From NCBI RefSeq assembly GCF_006345805.1, contig NC_042997.1:128030001-128094000 (forward strand): a stretch of DNA of 64,000 nt, written 5' to 3'. Numbering within the stretch: position 1 is the first letter of the stretch; each line of letters opens with the position of its first letter. The notes below the pieces were generated by a model. It saw only the letters and a program-made list of their open reading frames with translations, had not been told where the DNA came from and did no database searches. The stretch comes from Octopus sinensis. Taxonomy: Eukaryota. A program made the translations under genes and the position numbers. Below, one piece after another: positions 52,379 through 64,000 of the stretch.

Positions 52379-52744
52379 ACATATGCACTTTTCAACGCCC
52401 TCGCCGCAATGTACTTGAATCACTCCAATTAAGATTATAAAATATTAATAAATAATTAGTCAGCACTTCGATTTGATCGAACAGTGAGTGCCATAGATGG
52501 AGTGGCTATATTGTTCTTCACCATTCCCCATTTACCATTCTATGGAAGGCCGTACGCTACATATTTTCTGAAACTCATATACAGAAACTTTATCCTGTAT
52601 TACAGACAAAATAATGAACTCAAATTACACAACTCACTCCCACATACTTTCTCATGTCTAATAAATCTTTGACAGGAACCTGATCATTTATTAATAAGTA
52701 CAACACTCCCATCGTAAAATAAATTTCTAACAGAAGTTCAAAGT

Positions 52745-52935
52745 TAATGCGGCGGCTTGGCAAAATCGTTAGAGAGCCAGCGAAAAAAATAATGCTTTGC
52801 GGTACTTGTTTCAGGTAGATTTTTACGTGCTGAGTTCAAATCCCGCTGAGGCTAAGTTTGCCTTTCATTCCTTCGGAGTTGATAAAATAAAGTAGAAGTC
52901 GAATACAGGGATTGATGTTATCGACTTTCCATTCC
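52745..52935 (+). mobile_element. Diverged SINE-B
   Basis: ctgagttcaaatcccgctgagg..tttgcctttcattccttcggagttgataaaataaagta. Confidence 0.65.
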
Positions 52936-53012
52936 CCTTATGATTGGTTGTCCCCAATCCTGCAATAGACCGGCGTCCTTTTCAGAGGGAATGTTATTAT
53001 CTGGATCACCTA

Positions 53013-53530
53013 CCGTAAATCTTCGAATATAATCCGCATTTTTTCGCAAAATTTAAAGGTCAAAATCTCTAGTGCGAACTATATACGAGATTAAAAATGA
53101 AAAATATTTTCTAAGCAATGTCTGAGTCTCTATTTGCTGTCCGGCAATGTTTATTCAGGCGCATTTTGTGATGTCGGGTGCGAAAATACCTTAAGCTAAG
53201 CCTGAAAGCAATGAAGTCATAAAAGAATCGTCCATAACTTGCAGTAAGCAACATTTATTAAAATAAAAGTATTCAGAACACAGAATAACATGTAACAAAA
53301 ACAATTTGCAAACATATTTACATTCCAATATAACAGTTAAGAACATCACCATTATTGTATTACGCATGCGCGGAAGTGTTTGTTCGACTAGGTGCCGCTG
53401 GCTTAATTACGCCCGACTCAAGTTAGAAAAGTGCGTATTATACACAAGGTTTAGGTTTTTCAGAGGTGCAGCCCCCTAAAAATCAATTGCGTATTAAACT
53501 CAAGGGCGGACTATACTCGAAGATTTACGG
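53013..53530. mobile_element. pogo/Tigger-type MITE (518 bp, TA-flanked)
   Basis: TA-ccgtaaatcttcgaatataatccgc ... gcggactatactcgaagatttacgg-TA. Confidence 0.8.
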
Positions 53531-54882
53531 TATACGCCATGGAAACCGGCTCAATAAAAGATATATATATAATAGATATTGTGTGTACCTTTCTCATGAA
53601 TTTAGAGTTGATGTAGATTATCATCATATTATCACCCACTCTGCTACAGTATAATGGTGTGGTTACAACTGTACTTAGTAGCAGTTATAATACACAGGGC
53701 AAATGTAAGAGAAATTATGCTTAACACAAATTTATATAATTTGTTCCTTGCATATCTTCCTCCATTGTGGCTATTTGTAACCTTTGCATTGGATGCTCTA
53801 AGTGCGATTGAATGCTCAACCGCAACGGATCATTAAAGGAATACTTTATTGTATTATGCTTCAGAGATCAATTGAACCTTTACGCGCCTGGTTTGTTTTG
53901 CTGAACATGGTTTACAAGTCTCCCTCAAGTCACATACTATGGTCTTTAAGAACACATAGGACTTTGTAGTGTACATACAAAAAGACACGAAGGAAGTTCA
54001 CTACTGGAATGTCTTTGATCAAGGTCAACTTAGTCGTAGCTCAGTTGTCATCTGGTCTTAACTTTTCTATCGTCGACTAGTCACAAATTATGTCAAGTTA
54101 TTAATATAGCAAATTGTCAGTTGAGACTCTGTGACATAAAGAGTACGTTTGCGCTAGATCTTGCCGCTAGATAGAATAAAATATGTACTAAACGGATTTC
54201 AAAAATATACTACGATAAAGGGATTGTATTAGATATAACTCATAATAACATTACTGGCAGATTAAGCTATCATCCATTGTAACATACATACTCCTGGATA
54301 TTCAGAACATTCAAACCTAGTGATTAAAAAATGGAGTCCTTTTAAATTGGTACACTATTGAATAGTGCTACCGATTATGTCCAGACAACTCTCGATACAG
54401 TATTGACCTAATCATTCAACGTGCAAGGAATAAAAGTTCTGTCCTCAAAGAAACTGAACTTTTAAGACAGAACGCAACATATTCAAACCTAAAGTAGTGT
54501 GAATGGCTGCCTTTAACTTTCACAATACTCCTCATCAAATAATGATTGATTTCCACCAGCTAGAGTGAACTTGTGTTAGGTGTACTTGGCGATTTATCGC
54601 AAGTTGGCAATGAAAGATTTGGAAGAACATTCATAGTTTATTTTCTTTTTTCCTGCAAGAAAACGTGATAATATCCTTTGATTCTCGTAGCATGACAGGT
54701 TCAACTGACTGTGACCGCAAGATTACTGCTATCTGTTTTTGTAAATTGAATAGTGCGGTCAAGACTTGTTTTCTTAGCAGTGGCTGTAGCCGACGAATAA
54801 CTAGCAGCATTAATAATAATAGTCGCCATGGTAAAGTTGCTCCCCGTCTACAAATCTTTTCGAATATATATATATATATTAT

Positions 54883-55047
54883 ACGACGTGCTTCTTTAAG
54901 TTTCCGCCCACCAAATCTCCTCACAAGACTTTGATCGGCTCGAGGCTATAGTAGAAGACACTTGCCCAAGGTGCCGCACAGTGGGACTGAACCCGAAACC
55001 ACGTGGTTGGTAAGCAAGCTACTTACTACACAACCGCTCCTGCACCA
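54883..55047 (-). mobile_element. SINE-A 5' half
   Basis: Matches the head consensus. Confidence 0.8.
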
Positions 55048-55089
55048 TGATGTATATTGCAGTTATGGTTAGTCCATATTACTCGGTAA

Positions 55090-55303
55090 GAAGCATAGGG
55101 CCGGTTTCCGGGTTTCCCTGGCCTACATAAACTCTTCCCTGGACCGGACGTCGCAGGATTACTCATTTTTACTGACTGAGTGGATTAGAGCAACGTGAAA
55201 TGAAGTGTTTTGTTCAAAAACACAACGCATTGCCCGGTCCAGGAACTGAAATCACAATCTTACGATCACGAGTCCAACACACTAATCACTAAGCCATGCG
55301 CCT
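55090..55303 (-). mobile_element. SINE-C
   Basis: Homologous to 6905-7163 (gagtggattagagcaac..gaaat.aagtg..ttg.tcaa.aacacaac). Confidence 0.7.
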
Positions 55304-55415
55304 ATATGTACGTATATTACTGGGTGTAATTGCATTATGGTTATGTGCGGATGAGTGCATGTCTATGCGAATTCGCAGGAACAATTCGTTTTGTGGTTTA
55401 AACAAGAAATCATAG

Positions 55416-56095
55416 ACGTAGGAGTGGCTGTGTGATAAGTAGCTTGATTACCAACCACATGATTTCGGGTTCAGTCCCACTGCGTGGCACCTTGGGCAAG
55501 TGTTTTCTACTATAGCCTCAGGCCAACCAAAGCCTTGTGAATGGATTTGGTAGACGGAAACTGAAAGAAGCCCGTCGTATATATGTATATATCGCCATGT
55601 TGATTCGCTAGCCTCTGCACGCATATTTTTTTTCTCTCCTTCTTTCTGTGTTTTTTCTCTGTGTATCTTTCTGTTGAAGAGCGTAGGCTCGAAACGTTAA
55701 AGACTTGTTTTATTTATATTTCCTGAGCGCCATACTAATACAATTGTTTATTTGTATTCCACCTGCCTTCGTCTTTTGTTTATTTCCGTAAACCTCCCTT
55801 CGTCTTTTGTCTATTTTCATAAAGCTTCCCGTTATATATATATATATATGTCTGTGTGTGTGTATGTTTGTGTGTCTATGTTTGTTCCCCCAACATCGCT
55901 TGACAACCGATGCTGATGTGTTTACGTTCCCGTAACTTAGCGTTTCAGCACAAGAAGACCGATAGAATAAGTACTAAGCTTACAAAGAATAAGTCCTGTG
56001 GTCGATTTGCTCGACTAAAGGTGGTGCTCCAGAAGGGCCACAGTCAAATGACTGAAACAAGTAAAAGAGTAAAAGAGTAAAGAGTGAAAGAGTAA
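55416..56095 (+). mobile_element. SINE-A interrupted by a Penelope-like tail fragment
   Basis: Head at 55416-55585, insert at ~55596-55832, 3' half at ~55860-56095. Confidence 0.85.
55666..55703 (+). ncRNA. Hammerhead-like motif with A6U core change
   Basis: UCUUU-CUGUUGA-A-GAGC(GUAG)GCUC-GAAAC-GUU|AAAGA: 5-bp stem I, 4-bp stem II, palindromic ACGU stem III. Confidence 0.45.
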
Positions 56096-56841
56096 GTACA
56101 CGTTAGGATATATGCTTATATGTGACTAGAATGGTGAACAACAAGAAGGTAAAGGCAAATTCCGGATATTGCTGTCTCGAGTTCTAAAACGTATAGAACC
56201 CGCTCCCAAAGAATATAAGTAACTGAGATCACCACCCGGTGAGGTAATCGAAACCACTGTCCTGAATACAACATTCTTAGACCAGCACCTTCACTAGAGT
56301 AACAAGAATGCGTTAATAATACTCTATCAATCCCATAAATAATGCGTATTAATTATCTCACCTCTGTATTTTTTTTACGTTCCAAATGGTCAAAGAGTTA
56401 AGTCTAACAATATCCACGAAAGAAACAAAATACAATAATATATTTAAATATTTATCTCATCCTCGCCTTAACGTTAGAACGGTATAAAGACTGAACCGAC
56501 ATAAAGACTGAACCAACAGAATAACGTTCACTTAAATTACCTATGGAATATATAAACTTGACATGATCGTAAAATAGAAAATTAAGTACGTCGATAAAAT
56601 TATTACTAGTAATAAACACGGAAAAGTAAGTCCTTATGGCATTCGATCACATAAAAGAACTTTATCGTACTAAACACAACGCATTAACCACCAGTGCTCG
56701 CTTAAAATAACGTTCTTTTTTCATTTACTTGATTGATATCATAAAATGGTTAGATATAGAATTACCCTCAATTGTAATTATAGAACGAAATATTACATAG
56801 GGTTGTCATTAAAATTAAGCAAACCCCAGGATCAAATAAGA

Positions 56842-56879
<38 letters not shown>

Positions 56880-57294
56880 AGAGAGAGAGAGAGAGCGTGC
56901 TTTTCTCTCATAACGTACTTAACTATCTGTACAATACAACAACCCAAAATAGAATCAACAACTAACAATGAAAAATAATTAAAATAAATAGACTAATTTT
57001 ATAAATTTTATAAATTCCAACGCTCCTACTGTGTTATTTCTTAGGTGGACCAGAGTTCAAATGCTTATAAACTGTAACTATTTTAAAATTTAATAAAATA
57101 TTTGATCTCTTTCAAAAAACACTTACGTTATACATTCTTAAAATTCTTCACTGCAAACACAATTACCCTAATATTACCAAGCGAATTCGATGAGTTGTTA
57201 TAACATTCCAGTCCATTCCTAAACAATCAATCGAAACTTTCGTTCGTTCAAATGATTATTAAACTACACCCACATCTTTTACTCTTTCGAAATA

Positions 57295-57902
57295 CAGTAA
57301 TCCCTCGACTATCGCGGGTGTGACGTTCCAAAACACACCGTGATGGGTGAAAATCCGTGAAGTAGAAACAATTAGCTTGTTTACCAACCACATAGTTCCA
57401 GGTTCAGTCCCACTGCGTGGTACCTTGGGCAAGTGTCTTCTATTATAGCCTCGGGCCAACCAAAGCCTTGTGAGTGGATTTGGTAGACGGAAACTGAAAG
57501 AAGCCCGTTGTATGTATGTATGTATGTATGTATGTATGTATGTATGTATGTATGTATGTATGCATGTATGTATGTATGTATGTGTGTGTATATGTTTGTG
57601 TGTCTGTGTTTGTTCCCCCAACGTCGCTTGACAACCGATGCTGGTGTATTTACGTCCCCGTAACTTAGCGGTTCGGCAAAAGAGAACGATAGAATAAGCA
57701 CTAGGCTTACAAAGAATAAGTCCTGGGGTCGATTTGCTCGACTAAAGGCGCTGTTCCAGCATGGCCGCAGTCAAATGACTGAAACAAGTAAAAGAGTAAA
57801 GAATTATTTTATTATAAATGCAAAACAACACCAGAGAGGAATCGACGTAAGTTTAAATAATAAACCGCGATAGGTGAACCGCGATATGGCGAGTGATTAC
57901 TG
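57295..57902. mobile_element. Tigger-like MITE split by a SINE-A
   Basis: Left end ta-cagtaatccctcgactatcgcgg; right end ccgcgatatggcgagtgattactg. Confidence 0.7.
57373..57802 (+). mobile_element. SINE-A, nearly full length
   Basis: Both halves with a (TATG)n spacer; lacks the first ~15 nt. Confidence 0.9.
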
Positions 57903-59186
57903 TCGAGCTATACAGTATCGTTACCATGCAATATATTGCACCCTATATTGAGTCAACAGACTCTGATTTGGAAATTAGTTCACGGTGTGTTAAAAGCAGT
58001 TTTGGTCTTTTCTTTTTAAGTGGATTAATAAAGATTAGATATACTCTGCTTTGGAATTGTATTAATTTGTACCTGCTTCTGTCAAATAAACCATGATCTT
58101 TACCTTTCCTCATTTAATTTTCAGTTTATAAGTATTATACTGAACACATGGTACATTATGATATATTTTAAGAATGCTAACTGGATTAATAAATATCAAA
58201 CAACCCAAGCTTTAAAAGTGTATTAATTCCAATCCGTTAAATACGATTTCACTCTTTACTGTTCATAGCTTATTTTATACTTTAAGTATACATTTAGACT
58301 GTGTCCACAAGAAGCAGAAAATCCAAAAATCTGAGATACCCGGTCCCAAGTTTGGCAGATGATTTTGTCCGGTCTTGTATAAGTAAATCATTCTGATTCC
58401 AATTATTGTTACCTTGAAGAGTTCGTAAGAGCTGAATAATCGTACATTTATAGCAGTCAACACTATATTATTTATCATTCGTTCGCTTAACGCCTGTTTT
58501 TCGAAGCTGGATGCGGAGTGACTTTGAAGCTGGATTTTACGAGCAGATTCTCTACCTGTCGACAACCATCACTTGTTATGTTTTTCAAGTGAAGGATTTA
58601 TATATTCCACAGGTCTTCGAAAGCACAGAGTGACTGGTTGCAATGTTAACAAGAAATGTAACCATCACTGCTGTCTCACTCAAACGGTGATAAATGGAAC
58701 ATGAGCATATTCGTATGCACCGCCCTACACACAAACATACGTATATAAATACATACATACATATCTTACATCTATTTTCTTTCCTCCACTTCACTCTCTA
58801 TTTGTATCACGTCGAAACTAACTATGACTTAATTTTTCCTCTCACACCGTCTCCGATCAAGGGATATTATTAATTAATATCCTAGAAACAAATGTAAGAC
58901 CTTCTATCTATAAATGCTCTAATATTTATACAGCCTTGGTTTTTTTATCTCATTACGCAAAAATGCATATACATATATGACTACACATACACAAAATACA
59001 CACACACCAGCGAGTTTTCTACACTTTTCGTCAATCGAATTACTCGCAAGGTATAGGTCGGCCCGGGGCTATGGTAGAAGATACTTGCACAAGATGTCGA
59101 AATCACATAGTTGCGCAGCGAATTTCGCAACCGTACTGCTATGCTTGCGCCTATACATGCATATGTACATACACGCACACACACAC

Positions 59187-59233
<47 letters not shown>

Positions 59234-60023
59234 AATAGAGAGAGAGAGACGACAGACACACAGACAGACAAACAGACAGGGAGGCAGGCAGATAGACAGA
59301 TAGAAGCACAATTACTAGCACAGACACTCACGCACATCCATACACATACACATGCATATAAACACACACAAGAAGCTAGTCTGTCTGACTGACAGACAGA
59401 TAGATAATGTATATACACATACATGTACACACGCGCAGACACACAAATATATGCGTGTGGGCATGCAGACATCTAAGGGTGAACTATAGATAGAGGGAGA
59501 AGAGATAGTATACAATATAAAACGCAAATATATAGAGTATATTCAATACAGAATCCAATAGTATAACTCTACATAAAATATCCAATGTAGAGTTAGATAA
59601 CGTATTTTATTGGAAGCTAAAACTTCACAAACCGTTTGTCCAAGATCTCCGTTTCCGATCTTCGAACGATTATGAAAGCATAAAAGGTGGGATCGTAACG
59701 AGGCTATTAATAAAGATATAAAGAGATTTTAATATCCAAACAAGCTTTGATTGGATAAAGTTAAAACAAATGTATTTTATGGCCTGACAACCGATATATG
59801 AACAATAAATGAGATAGCGGGAGATTTGCCAGTTAGAGAAGAATAGAAAAGAAATTATGTACAAGAAAAAGTAAAAGATATTGTTAATAATCATATATAA
59901 AGAATTATGATGGGAAAGGCAAATAAATCGACCGTTTTAAAATGAAAACTCTTTAAAAGAAGGCAAGAATGCAATGAAAAAGTAGCAGCGAAAGAACCAA
60001 GTGTTCTCAAATTTACAGATTTA

Positions 60024-61080
60024 CACAGGTCGTTTTTTTCTCTGTTGTCAAAAAATTTAGATCCGGACTAGTTGTTTGTTGACACACAGAATCCGAAAAT
60101 GACATTCATTTAGTACCAACACGTCAAGATTTTAAGATTCTGGATCCATAGAATTTCATTATTTTTATTTTTGTTTTGTTTTGTTCTGTATTTTGTTGGG
60201 GTTTTTTTTTTCAATAAAACTTGAGGAACAAGGCATAACATATAAATAAACATAGAAATTGGTATTTCTTCAAAACCAGAGTGTTTTCTTGAAATCCTAC
60301 TAAAAAAAATTTTAATTTAAATTTAAAAAAACTAAGAAAAATCTAAAAATATCTGCAGGAAAATTACATCATTGTTTATGCCTAATTTCCCATGCAATAG
60401 GAAATTTGCGTTTGGATGATTTTCTTGAGTGCTGAACCTCAGGAAGATCACAAGCCAAGCTCCAGTAATAGTCCGCCATCATATGCAAGTCCCATCTGCA
60501 TTGATACCTTTGTTCCATTGATTTTATTTCCTGATCGAAACATTCTCCCTTCTCGTCACTTGTCCCACCAAAATTTTCAGGGAATTTATCAAGGTGACTG
60601 TGAAGATAGTGCAGCTTTATATTCATATTTGCTCCCATCGTTTGAAAGTTCTCTAGCATGTTGTCAACTAATTCGTCATAGTTGGCTGCTTTCTTGTTGC
60701 TCTGAAAGCCATTTGCAGCTATTTCAAATGTTGCTGGTTCGATGCAGTTCACTGAATTTACAAAGTTTCCATCTTTCATCAATTTCCTGATTTGAGGCTC
60801 ATCAAATACTCCTGATTTTATCTTTTCAGTGCTCAGACTGGAAAATGTGTTGCAGATATAGTGTAATCATGGTCCATTTTTATCCAGAGCTTCAACAAAC
60901 TGCATCATATTGCCAAGTTTGATATGGAATGGAGGTAAGATGAATTTTCCCGGATAAACTAAAAGCTTTTCAGCCACATTGAAAGAACCTAGAACTTTGA
61001 TCACTCAATGTTTGTCCTTGGCTTTGATGTCCCACATACATAAAATATATGGATATTTAGTGTATCATTTTGTTGCCCCG
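60024..61080 (-). mobile_element. Chapaev3-like (CMC superfamily) DNA transposon 3' part, decayed
   Basis: LPPFHIKLGNMMQFVEALDK; LSTEKIKSGVFDEPQIRKL; NMNIKLHYLHSHLDKFPENFGGTSDEKGECFDQEIKSMEQRYQCRW..MMADYYWSL. A CAC-starting terminus lies at 60024. The family name is from recalled motifs, not a search. Confidence 0.7.
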
Positions 61081-61308
61081 GAAGAAAATCGACCAGCTTA
61101 AAGTCCAAACGGATGTGATCGTAAAAAATATTTCATTTTTTTGGATCAGCACATCAAAACAAATCTTCAAACCAGGTCCTGACAACAAAATACCTGTTGG
61201 GATGTGCCAGTTATTGATGGGATATAACTATAAGTTAAATGTTTGGAGCTATGACGAAAAAACCGCTTCAATTTAGACCTTTCATTCAATCTAAGCAAGT
61301 CTTGATGT

Positions 61309-61358
<50 letters not shown>

Positions 61359-61643
61359 ACACTCTCGCCTCTTATTACTATATTTTCTTTTGCCTCATAT
61401 TTTTCAAATTTTCTCTTACCTCCTCTTCTCCTCCTCCTCTTCTTCGTACTACTTTCGTTGTTGATCGTATCCTACCACATCTACACGCTCCGGTCCTCGT
61501 TATATCCGCCACATCTCTAACACGAAAAGTTGAGTTTGATCGTTAATCCGAAGTTATTCTATCTGTCAGCTTGATATGTCGCTGTAAACAGCTTTTACTC
61601 TTGTCAGACGCTACTTCAATGTTATAAACAGACGTCTCTCTCT

Positions 61644-61690
<47 letters not shown>

Positions 61691-61947
61691 TCTGTCTATC
61701 TATCTCTATCTCTTTCTCTTCCTCCCTCTCTCCCCCTCTCTCTCTCTCTCTGGGTCATATATGCATGTGTATATATATATGTATACACACACATACACAC
61801 ACGCACACATATTTATCTCTGTGCGCATGCACCTGTGTGTTTATGAATTTATGCATTTGCACTAACACACATAGCTATATATGTGTGTGTGCGTGTACAT
61901 GTGTGTCTATATGTATATATATATATGCATATATTTATACTTATATG

Positions 61948-61979
<32 letters not shown>

Positions 61980-62000
61980 GCATATCTGTATACGTATATG

Positions 62001-62054
<54 letters not shown>

Positions 62055-63149
62055 TATATATATATATATATACCTTCACACAAGTCTATAAATATATGCA
62101 TGGAGCATGTTTTGCAAAATAGATTATGTGTGTGTATGTGTGTGTGTGTGTGCGCGCGCGTGTGTAAGTGTGTGTGTGTATGGGTGTGTTTGGTGTATGT
62201 TGTGTGTGTTGCTTCAAGAATCGAAAATACAAAGGATGGGTACGGCGAAAGAGGATGGAAAAGTATGAACGGAACTTGGAGAGATAAAATGTGACATTAA
62301 CAAGTCATCATACTCTTATAAAAGAGAAACCGAAAGACAGGTAGAGAGAGATGAAGAAAAGCTAGAGAAGAATAAGAGAGAGAGAGAGAAAGACTGAGCA
62401 GACGACATAGTTTATTGTGTGACCAACAGACAAAATAACACAATGTTATAGTGTTAGACTGTTATTGATGTTTTTATCGATAGTTTTATAATTCTATTTT
62501 AATGTCATCAATAAATTTAAGAATCTGTTGGGAATATAATGTTCGGTGACCGCATAATGAACCCATAAACCTAGTGCTTATGTATGTATGTGTGTCAAAA
62601 TATCGAGCTTACAATGCATAACAATATTGTGTCACTTGTTTTTACCTCAACTGGGCCTGCCATATTCAACATTATTCCGTCAGAAATCAAAGAAGAAATA
62701 ATCCAGTAATATTCAAACATTATTTTAGACAAATTCCTCCAAGAAATATCAAACAAACCACCGGATAAATTTCGCTAAACAACCGAAACCTGGATATATT
62801 TCAAAATACAAATTTCTACTCGAATATGCTATGGTTTCCTAAAATAATGATCGTTACAGGCAGTGCTATTAAATCAGACATAGTCTGGACCAATAATGGC
62901 CAAAACATATCTAAGTAATCGATTACACACGCGCGCATGATCATACGCATGTGTTGTTACCAAAAGTAATGCACAAGTTGGCATAACTTTTTAGTTGACT
63001 GATACAGATTGTTCGAGTTGCATATATTGGTAGAGTTGGAGTTGCTCTTCCTCTATATCTAGATACAACTACTTAACATTGACTCTATCAGAAGTTAGGC
63101 ATTTGTGTCTTCATTGAACTCAACTCTCAAATCCTATTTAAAGATATTT

Positions 63150-63790
63150 AGGCATGTGCTGCTATAATTTCTTCTTCACAGCCACTTACACTTTGAATAA
63201 GTCATAAAATCGTTGTCCCCGAAAATTGTTGCCCTGAACATGTAGAAGTCGATGGGTACCAGATTTGGGCTATGCAGTGGATGGGCAAATTCCATATTGA
63301 CCAGCCCAGATTACCTATTGGCTGATCTGTTGCCAAAGACGTGTGCGGTCAGGCAAAGTTATGATAAATGTAGATAGTTTTCAAATTATTTTTCTGTCTC
63401 TTCCTCCTAATGGCTTGTTTCAGACCTTGATGAATACATGTGACGCTATTCCATGGATTGAACTTTCGTTTCCGGATCATAAAATTATGCTCGCGTTTTT
63501 ATCTCCTGTCTTCATTGGCTTCAAACGTTTCCAGCAGACTCCTCACGTTCTCTCCTTCGAATCGGGTGCCAATTCGAGGTACTTGCTTTGCACACACTTT
63601 TGTCTGCTCAAAGTCTTCTACCATCTTTTCTGATGGATTATGACCACATTCCAATTCTGCCACCTGCTCACAGATCGTGATTCGTCTGTCTATGCGAATC
63701 AAATCGGTCACTCCTTGGCGATTTGTATCAGTGATCGCAGTTGATGGTTTCCCAAACTTTTTCATCCACTTGTGCACACTGCACAATTAA
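63150..63790 (-). mobile_element. Highly decayed mariner transposase
   Basis: VHKWMKKF; VTDLIRIDRRITI..VAELE; TKVCAKQVPR; downstream remnant of HPPYSPDLAP.DF (ccatccactgcatagcccaaatctggtacccatcgacttctac). Confidence 0.7.
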
Positions 63791-64000
63791 TAAAGAGGTT
63801 ATGTCCACAAACAGTAAAAAAAAATTAATTCCAACGAAATTGAATCGCCTACAGTCAAAAATATTGATTTGATGTTGCGATAAAATGATCGCCATCAAAA
63901 ATGAGTATTCTAAAGATATACACTATATAAATGTAGCACGATGCTATGCACCAGGCTTCTTTAGGATAAAATGACTGTAATTTAACTCAAATATTAGAGA

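Noticed and set aside
56215-56268. Hammerhead-like ctgaga..cacc/ggtg..gaaac-cact-gtc
   Set aside because: The core lacks N7, stem II closure is mismatched and no stem I can form.

Overview
AT-rich, microsatellite-saturated animal DNA. The SINE families and repeat landscape suggest an octopus or other coleoid cephalopod; this is an inference and was not checked against a database. No intact host gene, rRNA, true tRNA or CRISPR array is supportable, and most entries in the ORF track are translated microsatellites. The window is a graveyard of nested mobile elements: about 20 copies or half-copies of a bipartite tRNA-headed SINE ('SINE-A') and several copies of two other SINEs ('B', 'C'). It also holds RTE, CR1-group and RLE-type LINE remnants, a Ty3/Gypsy 3' half with a 120-bp LTR, a full-length decayed mariner, Tc1, pogo/Tigger and Chapaev-like transposase remnants, and several MITEs. 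Four observations stand out. (1) A Penelope-like insertion at 41385-42074 has a GIY-YIG C-terminal fragment between ~207-bp inverted repeats, each carrying a complete minimal hammerhead-ribozyme fold with a U3-A8 covariant core. (2) Further hammerhead-like repeat tails and short fold-back palindromes, most embedded in (AT)n tracts, may come from the same mechanism. (3) RTE LINE ends carry arrays of C2H2 zinc fingers. (4) A 2.6-kb Thr-codon tract ends in a GPI-signal-like hydrophobic peptide. Coordinates and identities were read by eye and may be off by a few bases.
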